From Eledone cirrhosa (taxonomy: Eukaryota): DNA of 64,000 bases. The stretch spans positions 21,824,001 to 21,888,000 of the forward strand of contig OZ024748.1 in the NCBI GenBank assembly GCA_964016885.1, given 5' to 3'. The notes under the pieces were generated by a model. The model saw nothing but the letters and a program-made list of their open reading frames with translations, made no database searches and was not told where the DNA came from. Shown piece by piece: positions 55,031 to 64,000 of this stretch (the stretch's first letter is position 1; each line of letters begins with the position of its first letter). The position numbers and the translations under genes were made by a program.

Positions 55031-55200
55031 TTAGTTACAATCTTGGATATTTCGGGCATAATCACAAGCTTTCAGGCGAGTACTAAAAAGCATATTTTGG
55101 GGACAAAAGAATTTGACTGGGCTGCCATGGAAACACCGGAAGAATGCACTACAGTCTGATGGATCTCGTATATAATCCTCCATTTGTCGACATGTTACCT
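55031..55200 (-). CDS. Exon encoding a chitin-binding type-2 (peritrophin-A/CBM14) domain, C-terminal end of an unresolved gene
   Basis: ttttgcaattcag|AG GTA ACA TGT...: VTCRQMEDYIRDPSDCSAFFRCFHGSPVKFFCPQNMLFSTRLKACDYARNIQDCN*; six-Cys ChtBD2 spacing with DC..F..C, CP....F and CD motifs. Confidence 0.85.
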
Positions 55201-55829
55201 CTGAATTGCAAAACATTTTTACTATTATTATATGTTATATTTTAAGAGGGAAATTAAACGAAAAAAATTGAATAAAAAACCATCTTGTAAAAGTTATATA
55301 TTTTTTTTGCAGAATCCTATTATATATGTCCATGCATGCGTGCGCGCGCGCGTGTGTAGCTATGATCTATACAAAATGTTATTAAGGTAACAAACTGTTC
55401 CTAACCAAATAAAACATATTGTAAGTAATAACTAATATATTGTGGGCAATTAGAACAATATATTAGTTATTACTTACTTTATCAACTTCGTAATTTTAAC
55501 CCACAACATTCTCAGCTCAAATTTAAGCTTTTCTTTGCTTGTTAAAAATATTAATTTCAAATTTTAGCACAAGGTCAACAATTTGGGTCAGTTGATTACA
55601 GTGACCCCCAACACAAGATTGGTATGTTACCGACCTCGATTTTGTCCAACGATCTAAGGGTTCTGTCACCCCTCCCTCATTATCGTTAAGCATATTAAAA
55701 ATCAAAAGGAATCAATTTATTGAATTTAATTGGAGCCCTCTGCTTGAAATAAACTTGTCATTAGTATTGAATAAAAATCGTTATATAGTTCACATAAATA
55801 AACATGATTTATATATTTAAATAAAAATT

Positions 55830-56060
55830 GGGAGAAGACACGCACACCCAACTACACGCCACAACAAGGGACGCTGGAGTTTCCCTCTAATAATGTTTGA
55901 GGCAAGCTAGCATTGCCGCGAGTGATAGCGAGGCTAGGACGTTGGAATAACCAAGTACTCTAACCAGGAGCATCACCTGATACGACAGTAAATCGAGCCT
56001 CAGCGGCACAGTTCCCCCAAAACGTTTCAAACATCACAGGATGATTATTCCGGATATTTG
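55830..56060 (-). mobile_element. CRE-like retrotransposon 3' remnant
   Basis: - strand encodes HPVMFETF...WLFQRPSLAITRGNAS; downstream sequence homologous to 62458-62586. Confidence 0.6.
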
Positions 56061-56262
56061 AGAATGTTTGTTCCGTTCAACCGAATTGAATATAAAAATA
56101 TTTCTTTGAACTCACGTGCACCAGTAGATGGAGACCTCATTAACACGAACAATAATATTAAAAGAGCAACAGACTTTCTCATCATTCTGAAAAAACAAAC
56201 AATACAAAAAGAAATTAATTTTTTTTTTATTTACATAGACCAGGAATATTTACGCTAATTAC

Positions 56263-56334
<72 letters not shown>

Positions 56335-56392
56335 AACACATACACACATATACATTCACACATTCACAGGCATACATATATAGACACACCCA

Positions 56393-56425
<33 letters not shown>

Positions 56426-56428
56426 CAT

Positions 56429-56505
<77 letters not shown>

Positions 56506-57201
56506 TATATACACATATATATATATATATACACACATCTATGTATATTCTCTTCTGTTTGTTTTCCCACAATTATCGATAATTATAATTAACCATACGA
56601 ACGTCATCTAACGCCCCCCCCCCTCTCACCAGTCTATTATACACAGTATGGCCGAATGGTAAAGGAGTTCGTCTCCCAATCATTAGGTCCCAGATTCGAT
56701 ACCACTTGGTATCTTAGGCACATGTCATTTACCATAGCCTTGGGTCGATCCACGTCTTGTGAGTGAAATTGGGTAGACGGGAACTGTTTCGAAGCCTGTT
56801 AGATTGACTCTACCTGTAATTCAATAGCCCAGACTTGCTACACACGGCATTATACCAAATCACTGAATCTCCCTGAGAGTTACGTTATGGGCACCCGTGT
56901 CTGTTGAATGCTCAACCATTGACACATTAATTTCACGAGCAGGCTGTTCCCTTGCTCAAACAACTGGAACACTCATCGTTGAAACCGATGGAAATCCATC
57001 CTCAGCATAAGAAGGTCTATAAACAGTGCCTCTGATTAGAGTGTGTTGGTGGTGGGGAGATACTTGTCGAAGAGAAGGACTGAGGAGGCATTGAGACCAG
57101 ATTTCAAGATCTGGAGCTTCACAGAACAGATGTCAAAAGAATGAGACGATTGGTAATATACTTTGATGAAAGGTTTCGTCTATTCTATAATAGTTTGAAA
57201 A

Positions 57202-57440
57202 CTAGGTTTACTGCGATATAACCTAATATATTATGTAGTATGTATGGTATGGCCCCGTAGCTAGGTTTACTGCGATATAACCTAATATATTATGTAGTAT
57301 GTATGGTATGGCCCCGTAGCTAGGTTTACTGCGATATAACCTAATATATTATATAGTATGTATGGTATGGCCCCGTAACTAGGTTTACTGCGATATAACC
57401 TAATATATTATGTAGTATGTATGGTATGGCTCCGTAACTC
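57202..57440. repeat. Four 59-bp tandem repeats
   Basis: CTAGGTTTACTGCGATATAACCTAATATATTATGTAGTATGTATGGTATGGCCCCGTAG x4. Confidence 0.93.
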
Positions 57441-57717
57441 CTGATAGAGTCGTAGGAGCGCCGTATTGACATACGGCGTTTCTTGGACATTTTAAGCCTG
57501 GCGGAGCCCATCCCTCCCCAGGCCTGAATATAGCAGGTTTCTTCCAGAGAGAGATAGAAAGTGAGAGAGGGGAAATGAGAAAGAGATATAGAGGAAGAAT
57601 CGACCCCAGTATTAGACTGGTACTTTTTTTATTGACCTCGAAAGGTTGAAAGGCAAATTTGACCTCGGTGGGGTTTGAACTCCAAGAGCTGAGAGCCGGA
57701 ATGAATACCTTAAAGCA

Positions 57718-58552
57718 TTCTACCCGATGTTCTAGCGTCTCTGCCATTCTATCTGACGTTCTAACGACTCTGCCATTCTATCTGACGTTCTAGCGTCTCT
57801 GCCATTCTATCTGACGTTCTAACGACTCTGCCATTCTATCTGACGTTCTAGCGTCTCTGCCATTCTATCTGACGTTCTAACGACTCTGCCATTCTATCTG
57901 ACGTTCTAGCGTCTCTGCCATTCTATCTGACGTTCTAACGACTCTGCCATTCTATCTGACGTTCTAGCGTCTCTGCCATTCTATCTGACGTTCTAACGAC
58001 TCTGCCATTCTACCCGACGTTCTAACGACTCTGCCATTCTACCCGACGTTCTAACAACTCTGCCATTCTATCTAACGTTCTAACGACTCTGCCATTCTAT
58101 CTGACGTTCTAACGACTTCCATTCTATCTGACGTTCTAACGACTCTGCCATTCTACCCGACGTTCTAACAACTCTGTCATTCTATCTAACGTTCTAACGA
58201 CTCTGCCATTCTATCTAACGTTCTAACGACTCTGCCATTCTACCTGACGTTCTAACGACTCTGCCATTCTATCTGACGTTCTAACGACTCTGCCATTCTA
58301 TCTGACGTTCTAACGACTCTGCCATTCTATCCGACGTTCTAACGACTCTGCCATTCTACCCGACGTTCTAACAACTCTGCCATTCTATCTAACGTTCTAA
58401 CGACTCTGCCATTCTATCTGACGTTCTAACGACTGCCATTCTATCTGACGTTCTAACGACTCTGCCATTCTATCTAACGTTCTAACGACTCTGCCATTCT
58501 ATCTGACATTCTAACGACTGCCATTCTATCTGACGTTCTAACGACTCTGCCA
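57718..58552. repeat. 29-bp minisatellite (TTCTATCTGACGTTCTAACGACTCTGCCA) expanded within a - strand SINE head
   Basis: About 29 units; flanked by the SINE body (57590-57717) and the SINE 5' end (GTTCATCGCC at ~58553-58562). Confidence 0.92.
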
Positions 58553-59038
58553 GTTCATCGCCTTAAATTATGTAAACTGAATTTAAAACAATTCAAGACA
58601 TATCAATATTGGCGGCTCATTTTACCGACTTATTAGGTGATGTCTATACCTGAATTATATTTATATTTGTTTTCAGAAATGATTGTTTCTACTTTAGGCA
58701 CAAGGCCAACAATTACCCAGTACATTACTGGTACTTTATTTTATCGACCCCATAAGGATGAAAGGCAAAGTTAACCTCGGCGGGATTTGAACTCAGAATG
58801 TAAAGGGACGTAACTATGCTAGAAAGCATGGCGTCCAACCCTCTACCGATACTGCCAATTCACCGCCCTTTGTTTTCAGAAATGATAACAGCTAAATAGA
58901 TTGTTTCTATAACTCTTTATAGGGCAGATATTTACTCTATAATAGTAGATGAATCACTATCTCCTTACGGACAACTGAAGCTGCACCAGGTCCAAACACA
59001 GAAGAGCCGAACTCCCACTGTCATCGCCTCCATCTCTC

Positions 59039-59990
59039 TCACCCTCCCCATCTCTCTCTATGATAAGTAAATGGGATCCCACGTGCTGGCCGTCCCACGG
59101 ACCCGGCGGGCAGAATGGAGAAGGCGTTTCTGCGGAGGATGGTAAGAGAGATGCGCTGGAAGAGCCATTCCATCTCGCGAGGCTCACATCTGCGGCTAGC
59201 CAGCTCAGCGCCTATGGTGTTAAGTAGGGAGGTAGTCCTAGGGCCAAGGACGCCAGAAGTCTCTACTGCTAGGGGCTTGACTGCAAACCTGTCGGAGAGC
59301 GACTGATACTTGAAGAGTTTACTTACTTTCCTTAGCCCGAAGTGCAACAGAACCTGGGTTAGTCGCAGACTGCACCGGTTGCCGCTGGAGAATGTTGTCG
59401 CTGCAAGTGTCATCTCAGACGAGGGGTTTACTACCGCGGAACGGGAAGATGGTCATGCCGCCTGGCCTTTTGCGGTCTCTTCGGTCCAGCCCCACCGGCT
59501 GACTGGGAGGGGAAGCCTGCAGCATCCAAGCCATGCTTTATGACCTCGTTGAGAACAGCATGGCGTGGAAGGCGGCCGGCACTGTAGCGACACGAAATCG
59601 GGTGGAGGCCGAAAGAGTCCACGGTGGTTCCGCAGCGACATTTGTGTGGCTCGCAGATCCGGAGGCCAAGCCCCAGGAAACCCACAATGCTCAGGCTATC
59701 ATTGTTCAGCTGCATGCCAGTTGGGAAGGAGGATAAGGCATGGAGCTAGGCACTACTGTGGGGTTGCGAGACGGCGCGAAAATATACAAAGTGGTGCTGG
59801 TCGAGCTGGCGCGCTAGCCTGTCTGAGGCCAGGTTGCACTGGATGGCATCCCAAATACTCTGGAGGGGGGGGGGGGGGGGTTGACGTTAGTAGGGGGAGA
59901 AGGAGAAGGGACGTCTACTGGGCTAAGACAAAGCCGGTTCCACGTCTCGCAGGCGGCCTCACGTTCCTCGATCACAGTGAGTTCCATTCT
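59039..59990 (-). mobile_element. Decayed CRE-like non-LTR retrotransposon, C-terminal zinc-knuckle plus restriction-like endonuclease region
   Basis: Across frames: LGLRICEPHKCRCGTTVDSFGLHPISC...RH...; GLDRRDRKRPGGMTIFPF...LV*D (RPDG and WD motifs mutated); KY...PLAVETSGVLG...WLFQRISLTILRRNAFSIL. Confidence 0.8.
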
Positions 59991-60062
59991 GTTTAGGAGA
60001 ACCTTATGCATAACTTTTCTTAATTCCGTTAGTCTTCAACTATTTTGGCTCCTGCTGTAGTT

Positions 60063-60135
60063 GCCCCCATAGCTCAGGGGTTAGAGCACCGGTCTTGTAA
60101 ACCGGAAGTCGTGAGTTCGAACCTCGCTGGAGGCT
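60063..60135 (+). tRNA. tRNA-Thr(TGT)
   Basis: GCCCCCATAGCTCAGGGGTTAGAGCACCGGTCTTGTAAACCGGAAGTCGTGAGTTCGAACCTCGCTGGAGGCT; cloverleaf with anticodon stem CCGGT/ACCGG; one C:A mismatch in the acceptor stem; T5 run ~25 nt downstream. Confidence 0.85.
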
Positions 60136-60726
60136 ATCAAGATACTTCAAAAAAAAATTATTTTTGAGAAATAAGCACATTAATAACATTGAATGCAGCA
60201 CCGCAGATGGTGGATTATATGTATACACATCAGAACTCATGTAAACACATTCATTCATATGTGAACCCAAGAGCTTCGCACGTATATCTGTATGTACACA
60301 TTGCTTTAATATTTTACTGGTTTCAGTTAGACTACAGCCATGCTGTGGCGCAACCCAGATACAGCCATACATATCACATACGGTATATTGCCAAATATAC
60401 TATACATACATTCATGTATACATCGCTATTTCAGAGCACCAATACTATACCTAATCTTTGCTGGACCGGCAACCGCTCTGTGTAATCAACTCCTGATTAT
60501 TACTGAAATTCTATAAGAATCCTGCTTCTATAATTTTCGGCAGGCAGGGGAGTGCATGGTTTTCATAAACGCCAAACAGCGAGAAACAGACAGTCAGCCC
60601 CTCTCCCAGCCTTTGCCAAAAATAAGTAAGTGACATAGTCATTACTTTAAAACTGATAGCGAATGGTCTTCTAAATGTTTTTAATTAAACATACGGTATA
60701 TTGCCAAATATACTATACATACATTC

Positions 60727-60817
<91 letters not shown>

Positions 60818-62216
60818 ATATCTAAATAATCAATGAGTAAATTTATAAACATATTTACGCAGTCTCGGTTACTCCTATACTGTATATATACAGTAATATG
60901 TTCATCATGCACACACACACACACAACACCAGTTCTTAATATACAATCTTAGATCTTACCTTAGATTTTTTTCTCTGGATTGTTTGCTACTCAGCAAATG
61001 TGACTCTTTTTTATGAAAAGTTGAAATACATTAACACTAAATATTAAATGTGCAGTCATTTTTATAACATTACCTGTTCTTTTAGATCAGCCGGAAAATT
61101 AAGTCGCTACCATGAGCCAAATACTCTCGTGGTATTTATATTAAAGTTTAAAGAATAAAGTTTAAAAGAAAAGGTAAATAGTGATACTGAAAGAGAAGAG
61201 GCGAGTGTCCACTGCATAACTGCATACCACCTCTACTTCCTATTACGGTTTAAATGAAACTACTTGTCATTATGTACAATGTTTAAAGAACAATAAATCT
61301 AATCTATATGCACACTTGATCTAAAGATATTTTACTTGCTTGACAATTGCCAGTTAATTCCCCTTCATTAAGTAAACGTGTCATTGAAACGGGACTTGTA
61401 CTACACATTCCTTATTATATTAGAAGATGGTACTGCTTGGTGTAATAGTTGCTTTTAATGAGGTTGAGAGTGGCACAGCGATTTCTATATTAGCTTCTGT
61501 TTCCGAATAAGGCAATTATTATAAAGGAAAAAGAGAAAAAGTGAAATATCAAAGAGATTTTCAAATATATACCGAAAGAAGGATACATACAAATAAACAT
61601 CATATACATACAAATAAACATCACACACACACACGCGCGAGCCCCCCCCCCCACACATTTACAGATAGGTTATTTAGTAGTTTTGTTGATTGCTAATGAG
61701 CAAATCGATACAGAAGTCAGGCCTACCACATCGATAAAGGCTTCGAACCAATAATCTGTGAAACATATGTAACGCTTGATATGCAACAAACGCATTTTTA
61801 AATTGAAATCTCGTTATCTCATATATATATAGATAGATATGAAAAGATTCAGAACCCTGAGTACTCTGGTGGGTTATGGTCCACCTGTTATTTTATACAC
61901 CCTCTCTGATATATGTATATATATATATATATAAATGGCGTAGACATACAATACAACAGGAGGAAACGATAGCACCACTGACGATGTTGCAGATGTGCAA
62001 CGAAAGACTTATGATAAACTATATATATGTGTTTGTGTCTATATTGTATCTGTATTATTTTTGACCGTCGGTCAGTCAATGGCAACATTGAGGCCCGAGT
62101 AAGTTAGATTACCGATATAAAAGACACAGAAGCGAAAAGCGAAAACCAACTAAACAGTGAGTGTGTTCTGTTATTAATTCTGGCAATATTACACAAATAT
62201 GACCCTCCCCAAGTAT

Positions 62217-62364
<148 letters not shown>

Positions 62365-62457
62365 CGAAGGAGTTGTGGTAAATAGCCGTCGAAACGGCTT
62401 GAGCTCTGCCGTCGAGGTCATACATTTTCCTATATATATATATAAAGAGGAAAAAGT

Positions 62458-62586
62458 GGAAGAAGACACGCATATCCAATAACCCCGCCACAAGAGGCGT
62501 TAGTTTGCTTGTAATAATTTTTGAGGCAAGCCAACAACACATTCACAGCGTTGCCGCCAGTGATAGCGGCTCTAAGATGCTGGAAT
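62458..62586 (-). mobile_element. CRE-like retrotransposon 3' remnant
   Basis: - strand FQHLRAAITGGNAVNVLLACLKNY; shares 3' flank with 55830-55900. Confidence 0.55.
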
Positions 62587-62805
62587 ATTAAAATTAATCA
62601 AACTAAAATAAAGATAATAATATGACTACTAAGACTAATAAAAATAGAAGAAGATACGTAATACCAAAAGATTATACATACACATTTCTGTTCTAACATA
62701 TATACATACACATACGTGTGTGATGTTTGTGTGTACGCATCTGAACGAATGTGCGTTATCGTGTGTTCTTACATATTAAAAAAAAAATATGGAGCGGGTA
62801 TTAGA

Positions 62806-62878
62806 AGCCCCCAGCGAGGTTCGAACTCACGACTTCTGGTTTACAAGACCAGTACTCTAACCACTGAGCTATGGAGGC
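62806..62878 (-). tRNA. tRNA-Thr(TGT)
   Basis: Reverse complement GCCTCCATAGCTCAGTGGTTAGAGTACTGGTCTTGTAAACCAGAAGTCGTGAGTTCGAACCTCGCTGGGGGCT; fully paired stems (with G:U); poly-T terminator at 62778-62787. Confidence 0.92.
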
Positions 62879-63299
62879 AACTACGACAAGCGTTAACATA
62901 TTTGAAGACTAACTGAATTAAGAAAAGTAATGTACAAGGTTCTCCTAAACAGAATGGAACCCACTGTGATCGAGGAACGTGAGGCAGCATGCGAGACGTG
63001 GAACCGGCTTGGACTTAGCCCAGTAGACGTCCCTTCTCCTTTTCCCCCTGCCAACGTTAAGTCTTCCCCAGAGTATTTGGGATGCCATCCAGTGCAAGCA
63101 GCTCTCAGACAGGTTTCAGCATATTGCTTTAATATTTCTTAAAATACACCCGAAATGCCTTTTAATGCAGGTATCCACCAGCGCCGTCTATAAACCAGGT
63201 TTAAAACGATATGAATTAGATGACTAAGTGAAGACTAAATGGATTCAGAGAAATGATGTAAGACAGCTATATTAAAATAGCTGTGTTCTTGTATAATAT

Positions 63300-63890
63300 A
63301 CGTTCCCCCAGCCTGTGGCGTTCGAGGCGTTTGGAGGAGCTGGGTCGCTGACAACGAAGTCTTGTCATCATTGGCGGCTCACCATACCGAGGTATCATTT
63401 GATACTCCTGAGGGTGCTTGTTTGTTCCAGCACCTTAGCCTCGCTATCACTCGCGGTATGGCTACCAGTGTTGGCTTGCCTAAAAAGGTATTAGAGGGAG
63501 GCTTCCAAGTGTATCAAAGGTATCATGTGATGCCCGTGAGGGTGTTTGGTTTTTCCAGCACCTTAGTCTCGCTATCACTCGCAGTAAGGCTACCAGTGTG
63601 TCGGGTTGCATCAAAAGGTATTAGAGGGAGGCTTCCAAGTGTATCAAAGGTATCATGTGATGCCCGTGAGGGTGTTTGGTTTTTCCAGCACCTTAGTCTC
63701 GCTATCACTCGCAGTAAGGCTACCAGTGTGTTGGCTTGCCTAAAAAGGTATTAGAGGGAGGCTTCCAAGTGTATCAAAGGTATCATGTGATGCCCGTGAG
63801 GGTGTTTGGTTTTTCCAGCACCTTAGTCTCGCTATCACTCGCAGTAAGGTTACCAGTGTGTCGGGTTGCATCAAAAGGTATTAGAGGAAG
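63300..63890 (+). mobile_element. CRE-like 3' remnant whose end is amplified as 130-bp tandem repeats
   Basis: PVAFEAFGGAG...EGACLFQHLSLAITRGMATSV; TTAGAGG recurs at 63491, 63621, 63751 and 63881. Confidence 0.7.
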
Positions 63891-64000
63891 GTTGCTAAAT
63901 CTATTTCCGTTAGTATTCATTCTTTTATCTAATCCAGAAGTAGTCATATCTGTAAATAGTTATTTCTTCAAAGTTACTCTTACATCTAATTTTGTATATC

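Noticed and set aside
60490-61140. Possible promoter and upstream exons of the chitin-binding gene (- strand TATAAATA at ~61133-61140, donors at ~61073 and ~60959)
   Set aside because: I could not assemble a consistent ORF or signal peptide in phase with the 55200 acceptor; such motifs are common in AT-rich DNA.

Overview
Eukaryotic (animal) genomic DNA, AT-rich and packed with microsatellites, minisatellites and SINEs. The repeat landscape suggests a coleoid cephalopod, probably Octopus (inference). The main gene is a + strand Rheb-like small GTPase: seven coding exons were read by eye between 13747 and 39520, ending in a CAAX box (CVVS*), and exon 1 was not found. Its last intron (~17.6 kb) holds a candidate in-frame 30-nt micro-exon or recursive-splice site, and a ~9.6 kb 31-bp satellite interrupted by a full-length RTE-clade LINE. 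That LINE has an open 1126-aa APE+RT ORF with an inserted PHD finger and a 5' array of 202-bp monomers. Downstream lie further minisatellites, palindromic elements centred on hammerhead-like cores, an exon encoding a chitin-binding type-2 domain (- strand), and two inverted tRNA-Thr(TGT) genes, each with remnants of a CRE-like (restriction-like endonuclease) non-LTR retrotransposon upstream. There is no CRISPR array or prokaryotic feature. Most short ORFs in the track are repeat artefacts.
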